64,000 nt of DNA from an uncultured Prevotellaceae bacterium (GCA_947304115.1 CAMZAE010000002.1:10059-74058), one strand, 5' to 3'. Positions 10,338-18,926 are shown, counted from the stretch's first letter. Notes: generated by a model not told the origin, from the letters alone. A program made the numbers and translations.

Positions 10338-10374
10338 ATTCTCTTGGTCAGGCCTCGTGCCTGGCCAAGAGAAT
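10338..10374. repeat. Hairpin ATTCTCTTGGTCAGGC / GCCTGGCCAAGAGAAT
   Basis: Two 16-nt arms with one mismatch and a 5-nt loop, sitting between the chimeric remnant and the fasciclin gene. The left flank has a CTCTTAATTCTCTT word motif like those inserted in purM and the GT2 fusion gene. Confidence 0.6.
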
Positions 10375-10405
10375 ATCATAAAAACTTTTTATAATATAAA
10401 CAGCA

Positions 10406-12559
10406 ATGAGGAAGTTTGTTCTTACACTCATCACCCTTTCCTTTATCATCTGTTCCTGTACAGAGGAGATAGACTCCTCTGCACGTTATGTGTTCTCGGA
10501 ATACACGGTTGCCAGTTATCTCGATGCACACGCAGACTATTCGCAGTATGTGGAATTGGCAAAGTTGGTGCCTGTGAGTGGAATGAGCGAATCTTCTGTC
10601 TATCAACTTTTGACGGCACGTGGCAACTTCACGTGCTTTGCCCCCACCAACAAGGCAATCAACGAATATCTGCAAGAACTGGTGGAAGTGGGGTTGATTA
10701 GCGAACCTTTATGGGACGCCTTCACTGACGAAACAAAGCTGGACTCCATAAGGAAGGTCATCGTGCTCAATAGCGTTATTGACGGCGGGAACCTTAAGTC
10801 GGAACGATATACGACGGCTCTTATCTCAACACTGACTGGAAAAGAAAATGCAGAGCTTCCTCTACCCACAATAGGTGACCATAAGCTGATTGTCAACAAG
10901 AACAAGGATACTCTTTTCTTGGACAAAGACAGTCGACTTGACCTCAGGAATTGCGACATCCCTGCCATCAATGGCATTTTGCATCAGATGCATAAGGTCA
11001 TTGCGCCGAAGGACGAGTCGTGTGCCCGCTATTTCCAAAACATTCTGGACAAGAAGCTTGAAGGCTATCTGATGTTTGCCAAAGCTATTCAGGCTTGTGG
11101 ACTGCTTGACACTTTGGGCGCTGTGCGCGACGAGGCTTACGAGTCCTTGTACCAGCAATATGGTGAAGATCTCGACATGAAGGACTATCAGTCGAAGGGC
11201 GGCGGTGACATGTCTGCCACTGCCGACGACCCGGATGCTCATGCCCCGGAACACCGCAAGTACGGTTTCACTCTTTTCTGTGAACCCGATGAGTTCTGGC
11301 AGTCAAAGGGCATTGATCCCGCTGCTTCGGATGCTATAGAGAAACTGCAAGGCTGGATTGTTGGAAACAACATGTACCTTAGCGATGCAGGTTATGTGGC
11401 AAATACAGACTATCGGTCGCCCAAGAATATGTTGCATCAGTGGCTGGTGTATCACATCCTGCCGATGAAAATTCCTGCCAACAAACTTGTATATCATTGC
11501 AACGAGAAAGGTTTCAATTCTAGTTCTCCCACGAAACTCTCTATTCCAGTCATGGAATGGTATCCTGTATTTGGCGGTGGTCGCCTAATCAAAATCTATG
11601 AGAGTGCGGAGAGCAACGGCATCTATCTTAACAGTTTCCCGGAAAGAAACAGCGGCATAAACGAAGACGGACATGAGAGCTATTGTGCTCCGGAAAAACG
11701 AGGCGTCCTTGTCGAGACCAGCAGCGACAAGGCTGTCGTTACAGACATTGTCAATGCTTGTATTTATCCCATAGACAAGCCTTTAGCCTATACCGATGAA
11801 ACACGTGAAGACTTGGGAAGGGAGCGTATCCGCTTTGACCTCTTCTCGCTCTTCCCAGAAGCTATCACCAACAACATCCGCCGTGCTGACAGCAAGCAGG
11901 GCAAGTATCAGCATGTCTTTGTTTCGCTTTACAATAAGTATCAGTATTTTGACAACATGTTCATCCTGAACGAGGAGACGCACTTTATCCATTACAACGG
12001 TTACGAGACAGCTTGGGCCAACTATTGTCAGGACGAAGACAAAGCATTCGGGCATTTTGACATTATTTTCAGATTGCCCCCTGTCCCCAAACGCAACACA
12101 TACGAGTTCCGTTACAAACTGCTTGCTACTGCTGCACGTGGCATTGTACAGGTATATTTTGGCGACAATCCTGACAGGCTGCCAGTGGCAGGTATTCCCA
12201 TTGATATGACTAAGAACGTGGAGGTGTTCTTTGGCGAAGGTGCCAAATGGGCAGATTTGGAAGACAACGACAAAGATGAGGATCAAATAATTGACATAGA
12301 CCACAAACTTCGCAATCATGGCTTGATGAAAGCGACGCTACACGAGACAGAAATGACTCCAACGAAGACGGCTCGTTCCAAGAGCAATTGCAGCCGCCAT
12401 ATCATAGTGCGCCAGACGCTCGATCCAAACAAGACCTATTATGTCCGTTTCAAGTCTGTACAGCCAGACCTATCACGTCCAGAACTTTATCTCGACTATT
12501 TCGAGTATTGCCCGAAGGAAATCTTTGACAGCCCCGAAAAGCCAGAAGATATTTGGTAA
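10406..12559 (+). CDS. Fasciclin (FAS1) domain-containing lipoprotein
   Basis: It has a lipobox (LSFIICSC). The N-terminal FAS1 signature is LLTARGNFTCFAPTNKAINEYL ... INGILHQMHKVIAP. The large C-terminal region is of unknown function. Confidence 0.7.
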   Translation: MRKFVLTLITLSFIICSCTEEIDSSARYVFSEYTVASYLDAHADYSQYVELAKLVPVSGMSESSVYQLLTARGNFTCFAPTNKAINEYLQELVEVGLISEPLWDAFTDETKLDSIRKVIVLNSVIDGGNLKSERYTTALISTLTGKENAELPLPTIGDHKLIVNKNKDTLFLDKDSRLDLRNCDIPAINGILHQMHKVIAPKDESCARYFQNILDKKLEGYLMFAKAIQACGLLDTLGAVRDEAYESLYQQYGEDLDMKDYQSKGGGDMSATADDPDAHAPEHRKYGFTLFCEPDEFWQSKGIDPAASDAIEKLQGWIVGNNMYLSDAGYVANTDYRSPKNMLHQWLVYHILPMKIPANKLVYHCNEKGFNSSSPTKLSIPVMEWYPVFGGGRLIKIYESAESNGIYLNSFPERNSGINEDGHESYCAPEKRGVLVETSSDKAVVTDIVNACIYPIDKPLAYTDETREDLGRERIRFDLFSLFPEAITNNIRRADSKQGKYQHVFVSLYNKYQYFDNMFILNEETHFIHYNGYETAWANYCQDEDKAFGHFDIIFRLPPVPKRNTYEFRYKLLATAARGIVQVYFGDNPDRLPVAGIPIDMTKNVEVFFGEGAKWADLEDNDKDEDQIIDIDHKLRNHGLMKATLHETEMTPTKTARSKSNCSRHIIVRQTLDPNKTYYVRFKSVQPDLSRPELYLDYFEYCPKEIFDSPEKPEDIW

Positions 12560-12565
12560 AGCCCT

Positions 12566-13009
12566 GTGAAAAGAATCTTCCTCCTTTTCTTCCTGCTGGC
12601 CGACTTTGCAGCGATGGCACAGCAGAGGTCTGTGTATGAACTTCAGTAGGCTTTTGTGGATTTGCGTTTTGGCATGTTTATCCATTACAATATGCCCACC
12701 TGTTCTTTTGAGGACTAGCCGAATCCCGACATGCATGCCTCGGATTTTGTCCCGACGCACCTTGATTGTCGTCAATGGGCCAAGGCTGCCAAGGCTGCAA
12801 ACATGAGCTACGGCTGCCTTACCACCAAGCACCACAGTGGTTTTTGCATCTGGGATACCAAAACCACTGACTACAATTCCATGCAGTCGCCAGCCCCGGA
12901 GTGTCGTGTCAAGCAACATCGCCTTCCTCCTGTCATAGCAGAAAGAGTACGTATTACTATTACCCGGCATCAAGGCGAGGTCGCCCTTTCAGAAGTTGGC
13001 GTGTACTAA
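12566..13009 (+). pseudogene. GH29 alpha-L-fucosidase pseudogene (internally deleted, two nonsense codons)
   Basis: It is homologous to 8672..9008 plus 9936..10048 of the intact gene. The start codon is GTG instead of ATG. There are in-frame TAG codons at 12647 and 12716. A 927-bp in-frame deletion (equivalent to 9009..9935) has CAGCCC microhomology at the junction. Confidence 0.9.
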
Positions 13010-13122
13010 TAGTGTACAAAATAAAAGAGCCTGTTTCATTTGCCCTTCCTGTTCGGATTATGACGGATTATGAAAGGACGGACATTTTTTTGTTGTTATG
13101 TTGGTAATCCAAAGTTTTTTTG

Positions 13123-13130
13123 TATCTTTG
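13123..13130 (+). promoter_or_regulatory. -7 promoter box TATCTTTG of the V-type ATPase operon
   Basis: An exact TAnnTTTG match about 32 nt upstream of the ntpE ATG at 13162. Confidence 0.5.
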
Positions 13131-13161
13131 TGTCGTTATTTACACAAATATATATAAAGGA

Positions 13162-13749
13162 ATGGAAAAGATACAAGAACTCACCGAAAAACTCTTACGC
13201 GAGGGCGTGGAGAAGGGACAGGCTGAGGCCGACCGCATCATTGAGCAGGCAAAGCAGCAGGCAGAGAAGATTTTGCAGGAAGCTCGCCAGCAGGCTCAGG
13301 AAATTGCTGCCCAGGCACAGAAGAAAGCCGCCGAGACAGATGCCAACACGCGCAACGAACTCAAGATGTACACCAGCCAGGCTCTCAGTGCTCTCAAGAG
13401 TGAAGTCACAAACGTCTTGACCGACGGTGTCGTCAAGGAAGCTGTGGCAGGTCTGACGGCAAGCCCCGACTTCCTCGGACAGTTCGCTGTTGCTATGGCC
13501 GAGAAGTGGAGTGCCAATGAACCTGTTGTTATCTCTACCAGCGAAGCTGACAGCCTCAAGGCTTATTTTGCAGCCAAGGCAAAGGCTTTGCTCGACAAAG
13601 GTGTGACCATCAACAAGATTAACGGCAAGGACACCCTGCTCACCATTGCCCCAGCCGACGGCAGTTATAAGGTGAATTTCGGCAAGGAAGAGTTCGAAAC
13701 CTACTTCAAGAACTTCCTGCGTCCGCAGCTTGTTGAAATGTTATTCTAA
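13162..13749 (+). CDS. ntpE: V-type ATP synthase subunit E
   Basis: MEKIQELTEKLLREGVEKGQAEADRIIEQAKQQAEKILQEARQQAQ.. is the charged coiled-coil N-terminus typical of V/A-ATPase subunit E. It is the first gene of the operon. The ORF-track start at 13120 lies upstream of the promoter box region. Confidence 0.85.
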   Translation: MEKIQELTEKLLREGVEKGQAEADRIIEQAKQQAEKILQEARQQAQEIAAQAQKKAAETDANTRNELKMYTSQALSALKSEVTNVLTDGVVKEAVAGLTASPDFLGQFAVAMAEKWSANEPVVISTSEADSLKAYFAAKAKALLDKGVTINKINGKDTLLTIAPADGSYKVNFGKEEFETYFKNFLRPQLVEMLF

Positions 13750-13750
13750 A

Positions 13751-13843
13751 TGCATAATTCATAATTCACAATTCATAATAAGGCTACGCCCTAAACTGAG
13801 CGAAGGAAAACAATTATGAATTATGAATTAAAAATTATGAATT
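13751..13843. repeat. Heptad-word inverted repeat ((T/A)CATAAT)n ... (ATTATGA)n, 'empty' copy
   Basis: The left arm is TGCATAATTCATAATTCACAATTCATAAT. The right arm is ATTATGAATTATGAATTAAAAATTATGAATT. The loop is about 33 nt. The element fills the ntpE/DUF2764 spacer. Confidence 0.85.
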
Positions 13844-13850
13844 GAAAAAG

Positions 13851-14690
13851 ATGGCCAATTACTATTGCATGATAGCCGGCTTGCCGGACATTGACCTGCA
13901 GGACACGAAGCCAGGAATGAGCATCGAGGACATGCGGGAGCAGTGCGAGGAACAGCTCACGCCGCTTGACAAGAAGTTGCTATTTTACTTCTTCCTCCAC
14001 TTTGACTGCGTCAACCTCGTCAGGCTCCTCAAGGATTCCGAAGCAGAGATTGACCAGTGGGGCAACTTCACGCTCGACCAGTTGCGCGACCTCATCACCA
14101 GTGCTACGGAGCTTAACTTCAACGTGCATCGCTATCCTGCCTTTATGAGCATCTTTGCCCGTGAGTATGCCTTCAACAAGGACAAGGCAGGCTATTTCCC
14201 CGAAGACGAGATGGCGTACAAGTTCCTTGACTACGCCATCCGTACCTGTCCCAATCGCATGATGCGTCGCTGGTACAAGCTCAACCTCGACATCACCAAC
14301 ATCCTCACTGCCATGCTTGCGCGTGTGCAGGGCTGGAGTGTCGGCGACTTCATCAAGGGCGAGGGCGAGGTGCAGGAAATGATACGCGAGAACAAGACGA
14401 AGGACTTCAACCTTGGACACGAGTTAGACTACATCCCTCAATTGATGAAGATTGTCGATGAGGAAGACCCCGTCCGCAAGGAGAAGATGATAGATGCCTT
14501 CAAGTGGATATGGCTCGACGAGCGCACCTTCTTCGAGCCTTTCAGCATGGAAGCCGTTTTTGCCTATCTCTGCAAGCTGCAGATGCAGGAGCGTTGGGCA
14601 AAGCTCGACGTGGAGCAAGGCAAAGAAACCTTCCAGAAGATAATCGACGACCTCCGCTCAGAGGCACAAGTGCCAGAGGAGTTCTTATAA
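13851..14690 (+). CDS. DUF2764 family protein (V-ATPase subunit C-like of Bacteroidota)
   Basis: The N-terminus MANYYCMIAGLPDIDL.. is characteristic of DUF2764. It sits between E and A in the Bacteroidota V-ATPase operon. The track start at 13842 is a TTG inside the repeat arm. Confidence 0.8.
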   Translation: MANYYCMIAGLPDIDLQDTKPGMSIEDMREQCEEQLTPLDKKLLFYFFLHFDCVNLVRLLKDSEAEIDQWGNFTLDQLRDLITSATELNFNVHRYPAFMSIFAREYAFNKDKAGYFPEDEMAYKFLDYAIRTCPNRMMRRWYKLNLDITNILTAMLARVQGWSVGDFIKGEGEVQEMIRENKTKDFNLGHELDYIPQLMKIVDEEDPVRKEKMIDAFKWIWLDERTFFEPFSMEAVFAYLCKLQMQERWAKLDVEQGKETFQKIIDDLRSEAQVPEEFL

Positions 14691-15143
14691 TAATTCACAA
14701 TTCATAATTCATAGTTATGAGGGATGCCGAGACAAATGCCATAGTGGGTAAAAGCTTTGCTTTTGCTGTGAGATGCGTGAAGCTTAGGAAGTACCTCACA
14801 ACAGAGAAGAATGAATATGTAATGTCCAAGCAACTGCTGAGATGTGGCACAAGCATCGGAGCAAATGTAAAGGAAGCTTTGCGAGGACAGTCTCGGCCAG
14901 ATTTCGGCACGAAGATGAATATCTCGCTGAAGGAGGCAAGTGAAAGTGAATACTGGATTGAATTATTGCAAGCAACGGAATATATAACCATTGAGCAGGG
15001 TGAAAGCCTGCTTACAGATTGTAGAGAGTTAATTAAGCTACTGACAAGCATTGTCAAGACAACCTTTACCAAGGAATGGGGAAGCTTTGACAGGGCGTAG
15101 CTGAATTATGAATTATGAATTAATAATTATGAATTAAATAAAA
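14691..15143. repeat. The same heptad-word inverted repeat, 'filled' copy enclosing the four-helix-bundle gene
   Basis: The left arm is 14691..14713 (TAATTCACAATTCATAATTCATA). The right arm is 15104..15143 (GAATTATGAATTATGAATTAATAATTATGAATTAAATAAAA). The arms abut the DUF2764 stop and the ntpA start. Confidence 0.8.
14717..15100 (+). CDS. Four-helix-bundle protein (23S rRNA intervening-sequence protein family; same family as DGR Avd)
   Basis: Family signature: SKQLLRCGTSIGANVKEALRGQSRPDFGTKMNISLKEASESEYWIELL. The gene is 127 aa and is nested between the two arms of the inverted repeat. Confidence 0.85.
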   Translation: MRDAETNAIVGKSFAFAVRCVKLRKYLTTEKNEYVMSKQLLRCGTSIGANVKEALRGQSRPDFGTKMNISLKEASESEYWIELLQATEYITIEQGESLLTDCRELIKLLTSIVKTTFTKEWGSFDRA

Positions 15144-16889
15144 ATGACAAAAGGAATTGTTAGTGGCGTAGTCGCCAACATGGTCACGCTCCGCGTAGAT
15201 GGACCTGTGCTCCAGGGCGAGATATGCTACATCACCACAGGAGGCGACCGACTGATGGCTGAGGTCATCAAGGTGGTTGGCCAGGACGTATATGTGCAGG
15301 TATTCGAGAGCACACGCGGCCTGAAAGTCGGTGCCGAGGCAGAGTTCACAGGCCACATGCTTGAGATTCAGCTTGGCCCGGGTATGCTCAGTCATAACTA
15401 CGATGGTTTGCAGAACGACCTCGACAAGATGGACGGCGTCTTCCTCAAGCGCGGCCAATACACCGAGGCACTCGATGCTGACCGCCTTTGGGAGTTTGAA
15501 CCTCTTGCAAAGATTGGCGACAAGGTGCAGGCAAGTGACTGGCTCGGCAAGGTGGAGGAGAACCATCAGCCCTTGAAGATTATGGCTCCCTTCCAGATGA
15601 AAGGCACGGCTACGGTCAAGAGCATCGTGGCGAAGGGACAGTACAAGATACACGACACCATCGCCGTCCTGACTGACGAGCAGGGCAATGACATCAATGT
15701 CGATATGGTGCAGCACTGGCCCGTGAAGTTCGCCATGACGAACTACCGCGAGAAGCCGCGTCCATTCAAACTGTTGGAGACAGGTGTCCGCACCATCGAC
15801 ACCTTCAACCCCATTGTGGAGGGCGGCACAGGCTTCATCCCTGGCCCCTTCGGTACGGGTAAGACCGTGTTGCAGCACGCCATATCTAAGCAGGCCGAAG
15901 CCGACATCGTGGTCATCGCTGCCTGCGGTGAACGTGCCAACGAGGTTGTGGAAATCTTCACAGAGTTCCCCGAACTGGTTGACCCGCACACAGGCCGCAA
16001 GCTGATGGAGCGTACCATCATCATCGCCAACACCTCCAACATGCCCGTTGCAGCTCGTGAGGCTTCCGTCTATACAGCCATGACGATGGCAGAATACTAT
16101 CGCTCGATGGGCTTGCGCGTCCTGCTGATGGCCGACTCCACTTCGCGTTGGGCACAGGCTCTGCGCGAGATGTCGAACCGTATGGAGGAACTGCCTGGCC
16201 CCGATGCTTTCCCAATGGACCTCGGCGCCCTCATCTCGAACTTCTACGGCCGCGCAGGTTACGTCTATCTCAACAACGGTCAGGTCGGTTCTGTTACCTT
16301 CCTTGGCACCGTATCGCCTGCAGGTGGTAACTTGAAGGAGCCTGTTACCGAGAGCACGAAGAAAGTTGCCCGTTGCTTCTATGCACTCGAGCAAGACCGC
16401 GCCGACAAGAAGCGCTACCCGGCTGTCAATCCCATCGATTCCTACTCCAAGTACCTCGAATATCCAGAGTTCGCGGATTATATCAAGGAACACATCAATG
16501 ATGAGTGGATTCCGAAGGTATTGAAGCTCAAGACACGTATGCAGCGCGGTAAGGAGATTGCCGAGCAAATCAACATCTTGGGCGACGACGGCGTGCCTGT
16601 TGATTACCACATCGTCTTCTGGAAGTCGGAGGTCATCGACTACGTCATCCTCCAGCAGGATGCCTTCGACGAGGTGGATGCCGTGACACCCCTCGCACGT
16701 CAGGAAGAGATACTCAACCTCGTCACGAAGATTTGCGACAAGGACGACTACAAGTTCGACACCTTCCTTGAGGTCATCGACTACTTCAAGAAACTCATCA
16801 ACCTCTGCAAGCAGATGAACTACTCCACCTATAAGAGTGAGCAGTACTACGATTACATTTCGCAAGTTGAAAACTTGCTTAATTCATAA
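15144..16889 (+). CDS. ntpA: V-type ATP synthase subunit A (catalytic)
   Basis: Walker A motif GPFGTGKT. It has the non-homologous insert typical of V/A-type A subunits and is 581 aa. The last codons (..LLNS*) are encoded by the repeat arm. Confidence 0.95.
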   Translation: MTKGIVSGVVANMVTLRVDGPVLQGEICYITTGGDRLMAEVIKVVGQDVYVQVFESTRGLKVGAEAEFTGHMLEIQLGPGMLSHNYDGLQNDLDKMDGVFLKRGQYTEALDADRLWEFEPLAKIGDKVQASDWLGKVEENHQPLKIMAPFQMKGTATVKSIVAKGQYKIHDTIAVLTDEQGNDINVDMVQHWPVKFAMTNYREKPRPFKLLETGVRTIDTFNPIVEGGTGFIPGPFGTGKTVLQHAISKQAEADIVVIAACGERANEVVEIFTEFPELVDPHTGRKLMERTIIIANTSNMPVAAREASVYTAMTMAEYYRSMGLRVLLMADSTSRWAQALREMSNRMEELPGPDAFPMDLGALISNFYGRAGYVYLNNGQVGSVTFLGTVSPAGGNLKEPVTESTKKVARCFYALEQDRADKKRYPAVNPIDSYSKYLEYPEFADYIKEHINDEWIPKVLKLKTRMQRGKEIAEQINILGDDGVPVDYHIVFWKSEVIDYVILQQDAFDEVDAVTPLARQEEILNLVTKICDKDDYKFDTFLEVIDYFKKLINLCKQMNYSTYKSEQYYDYISQVENLLNS

Positions 16890-16986
16890 TTCATAATTCA
16901 CAATGCACAATTGGCAGGATGAATATGAATTACCCTATGAGATAATAATTACGAATTATGAATTAAAAATTATGAATTAAATAAGT
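16881..16986. repeat. Heptad-word inverted repeat, second 'empty' copy
   Basis: The left arm is AATTCATAATTCATAATTCACAATGCACAATT. The right arm is AATTACGAATTATGAATTAAAAATTATGAATTAAATAAG. The loop is about 37 nt. The element spans the ntpA stop to 1 nt before the ntpB ATG. Confidence 0.85.
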
Positions 16987-16987
16987 T

Positions 16988-18310
16988 ATGGCAACAGCAT
17001 TTCAGAAAGTATATACAAAGATAAGCCAGATAACAAAGGCCACTTGTTCGCTCAAGGCGAAGGGCGTGGGCTATAATGAGTTGGCAACCATCAATGGCAA
17101 GCTGGCACAGGTGGTGAAGATTATCGGCGACGACGTGACGCTTCAGGTCTTCGAAGGCACTGGCGGCATTCCCACCAATGCCGAGGTTGTGTTCCTCGGC
17201 AAGAGTCCTTCGCTCAAGGTCAGCGAACAGTTGGCAGGACGCTTCTTCAACGCTTACGGTCAGCCCATCGACGGCGGCCCAGAGGTTGAAGGCAAGGAAG
17301 TCGAGATTGGCGGCCCTTCAGTGAACCCTGTGCGCCGTAAGCAGCCCAGCGAACTCATCGCAACAGGTATTGCAGGCATCGACCTCAACAACACGCTCGT
17401 CTCTGGTCAGAAGATTCCTTTCTTCGCCGACCCCGACCAGCCCTTTAACGAAGTGATGGCGCTCGTAGCCATGCGTGCCAAGGCAGACAAGATTATCCTG
17501 GGCGGCATGGGTATGACCAACGATGACTATTACTTCTTCCGCAACACCTTTGCTAACGCCGGCGCGCTCGACCGCATCATCTCTTTCATCAATACGACGG
17601 AAGACCCTGCCGTGGAGCGACTCCTCATTCCCGACATGGCGCTGACGGCAGCCGAGTATTTCGCCGTTGAGAAGCATGAGACGGTGCTCGTCCTCTTGAC
17701 CGATATGACCTCATACGCCGACTCGCTCTCCATCGTGAGCAACCGTATGGACCAGATTCCGTCGAAGGACTCCATGCCCGGCTCGCTCTATTCCGACTTG
17801 GCGAAGATTTACGAGAAGGCCGTGCAGTTCCCCGAGAGCGCAGGCGGCGGCTCCATCACCATCATCGCTGTGACAACCCTTTCTGGCGGCGACATCACGC
17901 ATGCCGTTCCCGACAACACAGGTTATATCACGGAGGGCCAGCTCTACTTGCGTCGCGATAGTGATGTGGGTAAGGTCATCATCGACCCGTTCCGTTCGCT
18001 CAGCCGTCTGAAGCAGCTCGTCGCAGGTAAGAAGACGCGCAAGGACCACAGCCAGGTGATGAACGCAGCCATCCGACTCTATGCCGATGCTGCCAATGCC
18101 AAGACAAAGCTGGAGAACGGCTTCGACCTCACCGACTACGACAACCGTTGCCTCGACTTTGCGAAGGACTATTCCAGCAAGCTCCTTGCCATCGACGTCA
18201 ACCTCAACACGGAGGAGATGCTTGATGTGACATGGTCGCTCTTCCGCAAGTACTTCAAGCTCGAAGAGGTGAACATCAAGAAGGAGTTCACCGACATCTA
18301 CTGGCAATAA
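16988..18310 (+). CDS. ntpB: V-type ATP synthase subunit B
   Basis: A 440-aa protein with an alpha/beta ATPase fold and a degenerate P-loop, typical of a V/A-type B subunit. It follows ntpA. Confidence 0.95.
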   Translation: MATAFQKVYTKISQITKATCSLKAKGVGYNELATINGKLAQVVKIIGDDVTLQVFEGTGGIPTNAEVVFLGKSPSLKVSEQLAGRFFNAYGQPIDGGPEVEGKEVEIGGPSVNPVRRKQPSELIATGIAGIDLNNTLVSGQKIPFFADPDQPFNEVMALVAMRAKADKIILGGMGMTNDDYYFFRNTFANAGALDRIISFINTTEDPAVERLLIPDMALTAAEYFAVEKHETVLVLLTDMTSYADSLSIVSNRMDQIPSKDSMPGSLYSDLAKIYEKAVQFPESAGGGSITIIAVTTLSGGDITHAVPDNTGYITEGQLYLRRDSDVGKVIIDPFRSLSRLKQLVAGKKTRKDHSQVMNAAIRLYADAANAKTKLENGFDLTDYDNRCLDFAKDYSSKLLAIDVNLNTEEMLDVTWSLFRKYFKLEEVNIKKEFTDIYWQ

Positions 18311-18341
18311 ACCACGGATTAAACAGATTTAACGGATTTAA

Positions 18342-18378
18342 CGGATTGAGGCAGCGAAAAGCACTCAATCCGTTTTTC
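18342..18378 (+). terminator. Rho-independent terminator after ntpB
   Basis: The stem CGGATTGAG / CTCAATCCG has a 13-nt loop and is followed by TTTTT. Confidence 0.6.
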
Positions 18379-18400
18379 ATTTTATTGAACACCTTTAATG

Positions 18401-18520
18401 GAACACAAAGACACAATGACACCAAGATGTTAAGGCACAAAGGAATGATATAGATATACTCCGCATCCATCCGAAGGGCTTTGTGTTCTTGTTCCTTTGT
18501 GTTTTAGTGTCTTTGTGTTC
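18401..18520. repeat. Long imperfect palindrome with heptad-like words (GAACACAAAGACAC ... GTGTCTTTGTGTTC)
   Basis: The outer 14-nt arms are perfect. The inner CACAAAGGAA / TTCCTTTGTG pairing is imperfect. Confidence 0.7.
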
Positions 18521-18550
18521 AGTTAATTAATTTCATGGTCGCCAGCGAGA

Positions 18551-18780
18551 ATGCATGTTTTTTACGGATTTATCGCGAGGGATGCTTTATATATAGACGA
18601 AGGGCGTGTCTATGATTATGACAGTTTGGACGACCTGATTAAGGAGATTGAAGGATGAAAGTTAGTCACATCTGTCCTGACTGGCTGCTCATCTGGGAAA
18701 TACGCGACCAAGAGCTTGTTCTTGTATTACTGAATACAGGAAGTCGCTCCGACCTGTTCAGCAAGAATTATAAAAAGTAA
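18551..18780 (+). pseudogene. Remnant of a type II toxin-antitoxin pair (short antitoxin-like ORF plus truncated YafQ/RelE-like toxin C-terminus)
   Basis: Two short ORFs overlap by ATGA. 18551..18658 encodes ..YDYDSLDDLIKEIEG*. 18655..18780 encodes MKVSHICPDWLLIWEIRDQELVLVLLNTGSRSDLF.., which resembles the C-terminal third of YafQ/RelE toxins. Both are too short to be intact. Confidence 0.35.
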
Positions 18781-18858
18781 TCCCCCCTTTACGCTACTCT
18801 CATTGTTTTGTGGCGAGGCATTAGGATTCATGTCATCGAAGCAAAGATGGTAAATTAA

Positions 18859-18886
18859 CGAAGGGGAGCGGCCTGCTCCCCTTTCG
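18859..18886 (-). terminator. Hairpin terminator of the lipocalin-like gene
   Basis: On the - strand the sequence is CGAAAGGGGAGC-AGGCC-GCTCCCCTTCG followed by TTAATTT. It is the same GAAGGGGAGC..GCTCCCCTTC stem as at 51633..51657. Confidence 0.5.
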
Positions 18887-18926
18887 CTTGTATTGCTGGT
18901 TTGTATAGGTTATTACATCAATGATT

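Noticed and set aside
15120-16865. A 581-aa ORF on the - strand, exactly antisense to ntpA and the same length
   Set aside because: It is a shadow ORF. It has no recognisable motifs and a V/L/H/D/G-rich composition typical of the antisense frame of a codon-biased gene. ntpA on the + strand is unambiguous.
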